A stretch of 63,746 bases of DNA, filler included, from Lenisia limosa (lineage: Eukaryota; Protista; Breviatea): NCBI GenBank assembly GCA_001655205.1. It is 16 parts of 16 records of this genome, joined end to end, with 100 filler letters (N's around TTAATTAATTAA, not from the genome) between each part and the next. Parts side by side here need not be neighbours in the genome. Positions count along the whole stretch, not along the records: positions 1 to 4,172 come from LPNZ01005197.1; positions 4,273 to 5,904 come from LPNZ01002399.1; positions 6,005 to 8,081 come from LPNZ01010682.1; positions 8,182 to 9,457 come from LPNZ01003120.1; positions 9,558 to 18,430 come from LPNZ01003935.1; 11 more parts are not named here. The stretch is one strand, 5' to 3'. The notes beneath the pieces were generated by a model. That model was given only the letters and a program-made list of their open reading frames with translations. It was not told the origin of the DNA and did not search any database. The stretch's first letter is position 1; the number at the start of each line of letters is the position of its first letter. The position numbers and the translations under genes are program-made. Below, piece by piece: positions 1 through 13,283 of the stretch.

Positions 1-750
1 GCAATATCTTGTCCCCCCCCCCACATCCGAAACCAAAAGAGCCGAAGCCTCAATCTTCTGTGCGGTTTGGAGGTTCCCAGCGAGGTTTACAGAAACTGCG
101 AAGTGGGTGAGTCTCTTCGGAATAGACGGTAACAATGGAGTCTTGACCGATTATTTTTGTTTCGACTTTATACGTTTATGTGGGAAAAACATCCGAGTCT
201 ATTCCCATGGTATGTGAGAAATATTGTTGATATTATTAAGTTGTTTACCTCTTTAAAAATATAAATAGTAAATTAAGAACAGTGAGTAAGCCTGTATTTC
301 TGTATACGTTTATCGGGCCCAAAAGTCAATTGAATAAAGGGCCACATAGCCAAGGTTACGATAATACGATAATGCCTGGGTTCTAAAGCGTAACAGGTTT
401 CTTTATCCTCATTGCAGTTAATGGAATTTAAGTGGTTATTTGGGAACAAAAATTGAACCTCCATCATGATTGGTTTAGAGAATTGAAAGGTGATCAAGAA
501 CCCACGTCCAAAGGAGGCCGCAAGCAGGCTGGCTGCAAAGAAGAGCCACGTGATTGACATGATAGGCGTTGGCAATGAAGAGATGGAAGAAACTCTTGCT
601 GCACTTGCGGGCGGGATCAGCCGGTTCGTTGCAGTGTGGTACTTTTTTCGTCTTCCTAAGTTAAATATAATATCATCAACTGTTCAACTGCTATTTAATG
701 GATAATAAGAGAAAGAAGAGAAGAAGAAGAAGCAGTTGAAAAAGCCAAAG
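1..750 (+). CDS. Exons of an unidentified spliced gene (partial)
   Basis: Open segments bounded by AG/GT: ~1-106 (ends at GTGAGT donor), ~489-638 (VIKNPRPKEAASRLAAKKSHVIDMIGVGNEEMEETLAALAGGISRF) and ~708-750 (KKEEKKKKQLKKPK, GTAGG donor). No recognisable domain. Confidence 0.35.
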
Positions 751-1216
751 GTAGGAATTCGAAATTCAATTCACTGAATTGGTGGTGCCCGCTTTTTGGA
801 TCTTGTCGGCCGGACTTTCCCATATTATCATGTGGAGAGGTGTATGTTAATATTTTGCTATCTACCCCAAGGCGGATCTACCAGTAAGACAGGATAATGG
901 TGCATCCACATCAATCGTTGCAAAAAAGGAGGCGGGAAAACAAAATCATAAATAACAAGAAACAGGTGCGGAAAAAGACTATTTGGTGATGGTCACCTTG
1001 TCAATATTGATTGACTCCACGTCCTACAAATGGTGAGAGCGAAAAAAAGGGTCAAATACTTCTGTTGATTTGATAGAACACAATATTGGTCTGAAAACAT
1101 AATAAAAATAAATATATAGAGGTTTATTTGAAATGACAAAACAAAAGAGTCCCACTATCGAGGTTGGGTTCCTAACAGTTCGGATTGAAATAACAAACCA
1201 AATAAAGTGCAAAGTT

Positions 1217-1310
1217 AGGGCACTTCAGTTCGAAAAAGATTGAATATCTCGATAAATCCTCGAAAACTAACGATATTTCCCCGAATTTTTTCGAACCGAA
1301 GTGAAGCCCT
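1217..1310. mobile_element. MITE family A (~95-bp palindromic element), full copy
   Basis: Ends AGGGC(TT)CACTTCRGTTCGAAAAAGA ... TTTTTCGAACCGAAGTGAAGCCCT with core CTCGATAAATCCTCGAAAAC; TA on both flanks. Confidence 0.85.
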
Positions 1311-1653
1311 ATGCAAAGTACCCCCCCCCCCCNNNNNNNNNNNNNNNNNNNNNNNNNNNNNNNNNNNNNNNNNNNNNNNNNNNNNNNNNNNNNNNNNNNN
1401 NNNNNNNNNNNNNNNNNNNNNNNNNNNNNNNNNNNNNNNNNNNNNNNNNNNNNNNNNNNNNNNNNNNNNNNNNNNNNNNNNNNNNNNNNNNNNNNNNNNN
1501 NNNNNNNNNNNNNNNNNNNNNNNNNNNNNNNNNNNNNNNNNNNNNNNNNNNNNNNNNGCTGCACGCAAGGGCTGATAAGTTTATGAGAAAAAACCCCAAA
1601 ATCAACTCTCAATATTTGAAAAAGTCATTATTGCGACGCTCATTCGCCAACCT

Positions 1654-4172
<2,519 letters not shown>

Positions 4173-4272
4173 NNNNNNNNNNNNNNNNNNNNNNNNNNNN
4201 NNNNNNNNNNNNNNNNTTAATTAATTAANNNNNNNNNNNNNNNNNNNNNNNNNNNNNNNNNNNNNNNNNNNN
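4173..4272. other. Synthetic scaffold-joining spacer (N44-TTAATTAATTAA-N44); first of 15
   Basis: The same 12-mer, giving stops in all six frames and flanked by 44 N each side, occurs at 4217, 5949, 8126, 9502, 18475, 19659, 22925, 26184, 37535, 42543, 48680, 50136, 56629, 58854 and 60215. Adjacency across these points is artificial. Confidence 0.97.
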
Positions 4273-6560
4273 ATAAGTAAGAATAAAGCAACAAAATTTC
4301 AATGTTTGTTCTCAATCGAAAAGAACCCCCTGTTGCAAATATCAAGAGCGAGTGTAAATATATTCAGTAAGTTTGCTTTATTCATGAAGTGCACGTATAG
4401 AGGAGTAGCTATCCAAAACCAATCAAAACCACAAAAAAAAACAAAAATTCCCCTAATATATTTATAATATATACAAATAGCCCCCCCCCNNNNNNNNNNN
4501 NNNNNNNNNNNNNNNNNNNNNNNNNNNNNNNNNNNNNNNNNNNNNNNNNNNNNNNNNNNNNNNNNNNNNNNNNNNNNNNNNNNNNNNGGCGCTACAGGGG
4601 AATCCGAATCCAAAGTCAGGTCACATGCACCGAGGAGCTGAGGAAAAAAAAGGGAGGGAGGGTAAACAAAGAGAATTCTGAAGGGAGGAGAATGTAATGG
4701 AAAAATAAAACGCAACAAAATCAACTAAGAGGGGTGCACACCTGGTTTGAGTTCCTCAGATGGCTGCTGGAGAATCGGAGGGAAGATGATATAGACGGCA
4801 AAGGACTTAGACTGATCTGTTGAGGTCAGCCTTGGATAGGTTGAATGCCACTTCGGCATCCAGGAATTTCTTTAAATAAAGTCCATTTGTTGAAAGATTC
4901 TTTGATTTTGGATGCATCATTGGTATTGCTCTTCTTCTACCACTGGTTTTTGTATAACATATCAAAAAAAAAAAATACTTTTTATTAAACCACGATATAT
5001 CAGGGAATTTTACTTGAAAAGATGATAAAACCAGATTATTTCTCTTTTATTCATTTAACCATTATATCATATTATGTACATATATTTTTAACGATTTGTA
5101 ATACGAACCTGGCTGTGGATTTCTTGACACAGAGCGGGAGTGGGTGTGTCAGGCCAATCGAAGAGAGTCTATGAAATGAAAAGACAAACTCTACATTATG
5201 GGATACGAGAATACACAGTTTTTCTCCTATCATAATAAAGTGCTTGTAATAATATCCCAAGCAATCCATTGATGTCATATGACGTGTAATAATAAACACA
5301 TAGCTAGTATTAGCCTGGTGATCCCCTTGTGGGCAGGCAAACCACAACAACCCCTGTCCCTTGAATGATACGGACCAGATTTTCAGAACTATTGGCCAGA
5401 TTTTCAGAAATATCTTACATCCCTCCATCAAACCGAGAGAAGGATTGGTGCCGGGTTCCAAGGAACAGTTGTCAGGAGGGGAAGCGGGTAGGCTAAACAA
5501 GTGAAAATAAGAAAATTTACGTCTGACATGAATATTATCTAGCCGAAGCTGTCATTAAACATATATTGGATTAATGGTGAATACAAATCATGCATTTTTC
5601 TTTGACATCCGACTTCCGAACGTGCCAGCTTAAGGGCTCCGTGCAATTGATTTTTTGAGGAAATTAATTAACAAAACAGGAAAGTAAAGTGTCTGGACAA
5701 CAATATGTCCGACTTCAAATTTTGAAATTAAAATATTAATTAATTGTACGGAGCTCTAGTATCAGCCATTCATACCAGGGGGCTTAGCCAGGCCAGAGGG
5801 AGGGATGGGTTTGGGCGAAGGGGCCGGGCCGGGAATCACGAATGTCATTCTGTCTGGACCAATGGAGGCGAGAATGCCACCTGGGGGAGCCTGGGGGGGG
5901 GGGGNNNNNNNNNNNNNNNNNNNNNNNNNNNNNNNNNNNNNNNNNNNNTTAATTAATTAANNNNNNNNNNNNNNNNNNNNNNNNNNNNNNNNNNNNNNNN
6001 NNNNGACGTCTTCACTGGTTCCAATGCAAGTCTTAATGACTCCGCTGATTCGGACACTTTGCAGAGCTCTTTCTCTGCGGTATGCACTGTGACCGAATTA
6101 TAATCGATATTCATAATCGAGAAATTAACGAGGATTTATCCAGGATTCAGTCTTTTTTGAACTGAAAGTGAAGCTCTACTCATTACCCACAGATGCAAAA
6201 CCCGCGTACGAGTACAGATTCCCCAAAATTACGGCGAAGGCTTTCCTTTACCTCTCAAGTGGGGGGGGGGGTAGCAATGAGAAATATTTGTATCTGATCG
6301 AAGCCGCCCACACCATCACGCTTATGAGATATTGGATTCTAGTAAAAAAAAATTAGTTCACCCAATCATTTGCCTTATTAAAATATTTTTCCAAGCTCTT
6401 AATTTTTGCTAGTCACACTCTCACCATCATGTCTATCATCGTGGTGTTTATTTTTTCCATCACGTCTAGGATCATCACACCTTTATGTTGTCCATCATAT
6501 CCCTTTTTGGATCATTTTCCCACGTGTGATATGTCATTGTCCGCAGTGATCTGATACCCA

Positions 6561-6657
6561 GGGCTTCACTTCGATTCGAAAAAAACCCGATAAAATATCG
6601 ATAGCTTTCGCTGATTTATTGAGAAATTCAGTCTTTTTTCGAACCAAAGTGAAGCGC
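6561..6657. mobile_element. MITE family A copy nested in a family D repeat
   Basis: GGGCTTCACTTCGATTCGAAAAAA ... TTTTTTCGAACCAAAGTGAAGCGC. Confidence 0.85.
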
Positions 6658-7058
6658 AACAGATATTACATCATATCAACTCGAATGATAATTGACCAAC
6701 AAGTCTCAATGATACTCTGATACCGTGTTATCTTTCTTCATCATTTCGATCGAAAGTCGGTCAAAAAGTCATATTTTAGTGAATATGGGTAAACATATGG
6801 ATAATAACCTCGTAGACGCCAATCATCCAAATGGCATCCCAGGAACAAAGCGGGGTCAATATTGCTGCTGCTCGATTGGTTGCGCGGAATGTGAGCTGGG
6901 CTTTGCTTCAATAAGACTTAATCGATTGTTTTTATTTATTTATATATTGGTTGTTGTTTTATTATACATGTATATATTATTGATTCATCTAGGATAATTT
7001 TTAAACATTTTCTGAGTTTCTACCTTTGAATTTTTTTTATTTCAACATTCCTTCGTGC

Positions 7059-7154
7059 GGAGCGTCACTTCGATTCAAAAAATAAGACAATTACTCGATA
7101 AATCCCCGAAAACTATCGATGTTTACCGGTCTTTTTCTACCAAAGTGAAGCCCT
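7059..7154. mobile_element. MITE family A copy
   Basis: GGAGCGTCACTTCGATTCAAAAA ... CCAAAGTGAAGCCCT with the shared core. Confidence 0.8.
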
Positions 7155-7329
7155 AATCATTAGCTATGAAACAAATAGAAGGCGATCACAGCGTTGGTGT
7201 CATAAGATGTTAACTGCTCAGGTATTGGCTGCTTTACAGGACGGCTCGGTCGTACTGAACACGGAGGTCACAACACAAGTTGTTAAATTCGTCTCAAAAG
7301 CCCTTGTGAACCATGTGCGGAGGGGGCTT

Positions 7330-7396
7330 ATATATTTATTATTATTATTTTTATTATTTTTATTATTTTTATTATTTTTATTATTTTTATTATTTT
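7330..7396. repeat. 9-bp microsatellite (ATTATTTTT)n
   Basis: About seven direct copies; explains the FYYFYY and LLFLLF runs in the ORF track. Confidence 0.85.
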
Positions 7397-10300
7397 CGGG
7401 TAGTTGTTTTTATTTACAACAGAGTTATTTTTGTCTTTTTTTTGTATGTGTTTTCAACAGAGTTGTTTTTGTCTTATCCCAACTCCCCCCCCAAAAAAAC
7501 AGATGACCAGCACTTCCCCCTCAAACACGGCCTTTTCAGACCTGGTGTCCGACATTAGCCCCACTTNNNNNNNNNNNNNNNNNNNNNNNNNNNNNNNNNN
7601 NNNNNNNNNNNNNNNNNNNNNNNNNNNNNNNNNNNNNNNNNNNNNNNNNNNNNNNNNNNNNNNNNNNNNNNNNNNNNNNNNNNNNNNNNNNNNNNNNNNN
7701 NNNNNNNNNNNNNNNNNNNNNNNNNNNNNNNNNNNNNNNNNNNNNNNNNNNNNNNNNNNNNNNNNNNNNNNNNNNNNNNNAACTAACTCATAGAAGTCAA
7801 AAAATTCAATTGGAATTCCGGTTTGGTCATACTCACACCCGCAGGTATTAACGTGGTTAAAGTCTAGCTGTATGGCGTCCGAAGGGTCGCAAAACCCTGG
7901 GTTGGTGGGGTGGACTGATGCTCCAGGATCGGGTGAAAACATATACAATATTATATTTTGACTGGTGATGGGATGCGGTGCTGCAGAAGCGACTAGCATA
8001 GGATTTGCTTGTTGGAGTGATGAGAAGCGGTGCAGAAGCGACTGGCCCTGGGCTTTTTTTTTTTGTTTTGTTGCTATTAGCNNNNNNNNNNNNNNNNNNN
8101 NNNNNNNNNNNNNNNNNNNNNNNNNTTAATTAATTAANNNNNNNNNNNNNNNNNNNNNNNNNNNNNNNNNNNNNNNNNNNNCCCCCCCCCCCCAGTTCAA
8201 TTCCGACTCTATTCGTTACGGTTATGAGTGTAACACTTTGGACAGCCTAACATCTCGCAAAACATCGGACGCTGGAGGTGGTGAGTGGGGGTGAGGTGAT
8301 TTGTGAACACATCTGAAATATTGACTTGATCATGGTTACATCTTCAGGAGTGTCCTTTGTCGTGAACGTGGCTTGTAATGGATCTGGTAATGGTTTGGAC
8401 GCGTACAGGACTGCTGACACACACGGTTGTTGTGTAGGGTACTGCAACACCTACCATAACCCTTGCCCGTTGAAGTTCGTTGGAATGTGAATAGTGTTTT
8501 TATAAAGCATACTACTGAATTGATACCTTGTTTTTTTTGAGCGCTTATTACCTAGGTCATTTGTAACGGGATCCAATGGACAGAACCACTTTTCGGCCTT
8601 ATATTCCGAGCATGATTTGGCAGACGGTCCAGACCCGACTATTTTGGGGGAAAGGAGTGTTTGGCTGGCTCTTAGATAAATGAAGAATTTCATTTTCTCT
8701 CACACTGTCTTTAAAGGGATGTGTACTGTTTGGTGGTATAACCCCGTAAAACATTCAATTGAATAAAACTCCCGGGAAGGGCCTCGAGAGGTCACGAAAC
8801 GAAGACCCAATGGGACACATTCCTGATTCATCAACAATGTTCACTAACAAGGAGACAATTATTAGACACCCAAAAAAAACTTCGACATCTTTGAAGGACT
8901 ACTCTATCTCCACACCCAGAATTCAGTGGTGGTGCATTGCGACATTTCGCCAAAAGTTTGGTGCACATCTCACTTTCATGTAGGCGGATATGTAAAAATC
9001 AGAGTTACTTTCGATATTTAAAGATTGTATTTCCGAAGCCTCGATACTTAAAGATTAATGAAAAAAATAAATCAACAAGATTCTACAAAAAATTTGACAT
9101 ACTACTATCGAAACACGAATCAAAAAAGAAAAACAAATAAACAGACAAATCTACCTCTTTTTAGAGTAGTATTTGGTATATGGGTGGCCTTGATGAATGC
9201 CCTACAAGTGTGAGAGAGTGTATTTTTTTCATGCGATTTATTTGTTCAAAAAAAGTGACTTTGGTGCGGGGAAATACAGTAGAGGAAAGGGTTTTCTCCC
9301 CAACCCACCTGGTGAAGACCCTGGTGATGAAGTACTGCTGCTTGTTGCGAACTATGATGGCCACTGTCCCCATGGCGCCTGGACAAAGTTGAGTTCTCCG
9401 TTCTTAAATTTGATTTAATGATAATTTGATTTCACTCGTTCTCTACCCCCCCCCCCCNNNNNNNNNNNNNNNNNNNNNNNNNNNNNNNNNNNNNNNNNNN
9501 NTTAATTAATTAANNNNNNNNNNNNNNNNNNNNNNNNNNNNNNNNNNNNNNNNNNNNCTAGACTATGTAAACTTTTTTTTTTTTTTCCTACTCCTTTTTT
9601 CAAAGCTTAACGCTTATTAAGTGATTCAAGTATGCTCATTTACGGACAAAAGGATAAAGGGGGTAAGAAGGGTGGGGGACACATCATCGGAATGTCAATA
9701 ATATGATGAATATGATAGAAAAAAAAATATGACATTTACCATATTGTTTTTACCCGCGGGAGCATAAAATATGAGATTTGTCATATTTATTTACCCGCGG
9801 GAATAGGATATGACATATTTTGATCATTTTTCCTCATTTGTTTGAGAGAATAGTCATTTTTGCGTTGTTCAGACACAAAGAAAATGGCAGCCTTTTGGCT
9901 GCACAGAAAGGAATGATCATAAACCCCAATTTCTTCTACAAAATCGACACAAAAAAAACGTATCACTTTTATTCGAGATATGGAACAACAAATATTGAAC
10001 AAACAACCTCGGTGTCAATGTCCCAATTCCTCCTTATTACGTAATAAGGGGTGAGAAAATGACACCCACAACAAAGAACAAGCATATCCAAAAAATGGTT
10101 ATGCATGAAATGGTCAGCTGACCATATTCTATCATAATTCTAACAGATTCTATCAGGATTCTATGAAGAATAAGAGAGACTCTTTTCAAGTTCAGTTCAC
10201 TTGTTTTTAAGTGAAACCCCCCTTTTACAAAAACCTCTAAACCCATTGTCAGCACTACTTACATATTGCCTGGTCGCTAGTACGCGTAATACTAGTGCTA

Positions 10301-11412
10301 GGAAGCGTGCTGCTACCACCCCCAAGCCCATTGCCTCCCATCTTCGGATGGTAAAGACCCCTCTCGACAATAAGAAGGTGTCGATTCCGATATTGATCTT
10401 GGGCTTGAAGGGGAGTTCGCCTTCACTCCGATCCCAAAAAGATCAGGTTTGCTTCGAACATATTTACGAGTATTAGTGTTTTATAAAACCCTCTTGATTC
10501 TGGTCATATTTGTAATGATGTAATCAGAAAAGAGGTTATCCTGCTTCCAAGAGAAGTGATACAATAATGGATGCGATTCACGCTTAACCAACCAATTTAT
10601 CTTCTCTCATTGGTTTAGAACGCGTCGAGAAGGCAGCCGAGTCTGCTCCTTCTCAGAAGCAACAACAACCTCCTGCTCCTGCCTCCTCAAGCAGCGACTT
10701 CACCTTGGCCTTTATCAAGGAGTTAAAGGTTCGCCAATATTGTCAGATAAAGACTACGAGATGATGTTCCAAGCAAGCATTGTACCCCATGCAAATCAAT
10801 AATGCCGAAATCATTCTCACCTTTCAGAACAACTCCGAGCTCCGTGAGGTTTTGGGGAACTCTACAAGTCTTCTGACACTTCATCCTCGGGAACACAGCT
10901 CTTGACTTGCGTTCCGGCAGGCGAACTTAAGCGTGCCAACGAGGTTATCCAGCCTATCCTGAGGTATGTTACTGTAAGGTATCATATATTTGATTAAAAG
11001 GCATGAATAAGGCTGATACGTTAATCAGTCTGTTTATTTTAATACCAAAGCAAGAACTTTCCTTATAAGGAAGGTATGTTCCTCAGATGATTAGTGTGGG
11101 TTACCCTTAATTTTCCAAAAAAATTTGTGAACCAAACTCACCCACACAGAACTATCAACGACATTCTCCCCGACATCGAGTCCCTCCACATCCAGCAGGT
11201 CTTGTCGACAATCTTCCGCGCCTTGGGCCAGGCCCCCATCCTCGGTGACGCCAACATCTCCGCTATCGGTGCCCTAATCGACGGGTTCGTCTCCCAGGCC
11301 GCCAACAAGATCAATGCCGCTCCTTCGGTCGATTACTCCCTCGAGGCCAACCCCTTTTTCGTGGCCGTTCCAGTTCTGGCGCCCATCTCCTCTAACAAGA
11401 AGAAGTATGTGG
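10301..11412 (+). CDS. Spliced ORF upstream of the RT remnant; candidate gag-like ORF1 or adjacent host gene
   Basis: Exons 10619-10728, 10828-10848, 10899-10963 and 11150-~11404 join in phase through GT-AG introns to give ERVEKAAESAP...DFTLAFIKELK/NNSELRE/LLTCVPAGELKRANEVIQPILR/TINDILPDIESLHIQQVLSTIFRALGQAPILGD. No family recognised; start uncertain. Confidence 0.55.
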
Positions 11413-11489
11413 GTATTATATTATTTCACATATCAATATACAATATGTACGTATGCGTCATTGAAATGTCGTTGCTATGGAAATGTCAG

Positions 11490-11760
11490 ACTATGGCAAG
11501 TCAAGTCACATCCTAAATGGTGACTTCGATCTCAAGTATCACGGCATTTCTCAACACGAACGACAAGCACTCCAATCTAACCTCACGATTGCGTCATCTC
11601 CATTTACTTCGACGATGTTTTCGGTGCCGCAACGACCTCCCTTCTCTCCTCATCACCTGGAAAGAGTTAGGCTTCGGCTATGGTGAGCATAAGGTTCTCT
11701 CCCACAAGGAGACCATCGTCTTTGGTGTTCTCCTTGACACTGTATCAATGACCGCAAGCC
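11490..11760 (+). pseudogene. Reverse transcriptase remnant, DIRS/Ngaro-like
   Basis: VISIYFDDVFGA (YxDD motif, ~11593-11628), then in another frame LITWKELGFGYGEHKVLSHKETIVFGVLLDTVSMTAS, matching the post-YxDD pattern LGF...K...FLG..ID...MT.S of YR-retroelement RTs. Frameshifted and missing motifs. Confidence 0.7.
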
Positions 11761-11811
11761 GTGAAATCTCATACCTTAGTTAAATTGAGAAGGCGCGTCA
11801 AGCGTGTCAAA

Positions 11812-12335
11812 AAGGACCTTCTGGAATCCGCCGTCAGCAAGATCTCGGTGAAAACATACAAGTCCGGCATCAAGTCGTACTTGGACTGCTGCGAGGAAGT
11901 GAAAAAGAAACCACTTCCCATTACAGAAGTGAAAGTTATCATTGTTTAACATTATAAAAAAAAAATTAGGTTGAATTATGGTTGGCTTACATCTCCCCGC
12001 GCATGAAGACTTACTCAGGCTATGTTTCCGCTCTCGCCCATTATGTAGCCAGAAATGGCCAGCCCCACCCCATCAAGGGACGTCCAAAGGTATAATGATT
12101 ACGAGTCCATACCTTCCTTAGTATCCAGAATGATCCTGAGCATCAATAAGGCCAACAAGTGTCCACGCACCCGCCCCCCAACTGGCCAACAAGAAAAAGA
12201 ACATCCTCATCCGAGCTATTTACCTCGCAGGCTACTACGGAATCTGCCGCACGAGCGATTTCCTCCCCCTAACACCAAGGACCTTGAGAGAGGCTCCACC
12301 CATTGACAACATCGAGTTTGACGGCAATGAGGCCA
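11812..12335 (+). pseudogene. Tyrosine recombinase, N-terminal part, intron-containing
   Basis: LLESAVSKISVKTYKSGIKSYLDCCEEVKKKPLPITEVK / VELWLAYISPRMKTYSGYVSALAHYVARNGQPHP resembles the YR N-terminal helical domain. IRAIYLAGYYGICRTSDFL is a box I match with Arg at 12248-12250. Box II was not found. Confidence 0.75.
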
Positions 12336-12739
12336 GTATGTTAAAGTTAATCAGCACGGTAAATACACTAACAAACCTTCTTGTTAAACAAGACCTTGCT
12401 CCAAAAAACGCCAGTTCTTGGAAACCATCGCTTAACTTTTGAAAGCAGAAAAAAGAAAAAAAAAAAAAAAAAAAAAANNNNNNNNNNNNNNNNNNNNNNN
12501 NNNNNNNNNNNNNNNNNNNNNNNNNNNNNNNNNAGAAGCAACAAAACCTGACATCGACTTTTAGAAAGAAATCTATAACATAATTACATTGAATTGAGCA
12601 AAATGCTTCACTTTTTTTAAGGTCGCGTTTACTATGAAAACTGAAAATATTGGACATCTTCTTGGCTCTGCTTCACTGAATTTTGTCTTTAGAAAAGTTT
12701 TTTATAGGACGAATTTCGACCTTTTTGCTTGAGAGCACT

Positions 12740-12890
12740 CACAATATGACATTTCTCATATTTCATCGTGTATATGATAGCTCATATCCCCTCGGGAACT
12801 CACTTTTTGGATCATTTTCACACGTGTCATATGATCCCGTGTTATCTTGATTCATCATTTCGACTTGAAAGTCGTTCATATGATCATATC
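12740..12890 (+). repeat. Dispersed repeat family D
   Basis: TTTTTGGATCATTTTC.CACGTGT.ATATG and GTTATC...CATCATTTCGACTTGAAAGT recur at ~6505-6770 and ~47435-47485, with a weaker match at ~9770-9830. Confidence 0.6.
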
Positions 12891-13151
12891 ACTTGTGGAT
12901 CCCGAAAGGCTCTTGAGTTAGCTGAATTTTACTTAAAAAATGAAGTTTTGAAAAACAAAATACGAAAAAAATGAAAAAATTGATCAAATCCACTGTAAAA
13001 AATGACGTTCCAAAAATTCCCATGTGTATAATTAATTATATGTACAATATACTATATCAGAAAAATTCTGTGATATCAGCGAATCAAGGAAACTCCTTGA
13101 ATCCAAATTATAACAAAACCAAGAAAATTTAATGTAAAATAGGTACATATA

Positions 13152-13229
13152 CAGCGACCTCAATAAGTCCTGATATGATTGACAAAAGATAAAGCTCAAT
13201 ATCCGTGTCAGGACTTATCGCGGTCAGTG
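13152..13229. mobile_element. MITE family B (~75 bp), Tc1/mariner-like
   Basis: TA|CAGCGACCTCAATAAGTCCTGA ... TCAGGACTTATCGCGGTCAGTG|TA. Relatives at 20340-20368, 46507-46583 and 49088-49155. Confidence 0.7.
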
Positions 13230-13283
13230 TACATTTATATATGATACATACATCAACATAGAAGGATACATTTTTGAAATTCA

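Noticed and set aside
4588-4650. LLGACDLTLD as an Hsp70-like fragment
   Set aside because: Too short and not supported by neighbouring exons.
7207-7558. Hydrophobic or aromatic-rich ORFs (LLFLLF, YYFYYF)
   Set aside because: These are translations of a 9-bp microsatellite.
9770-12830. Family D-like sequences on both sides of the YR element as its terminal repeats
   Set aside because: Similarity is weak and the family occurs elsewhere (6505, 47435) without the element.
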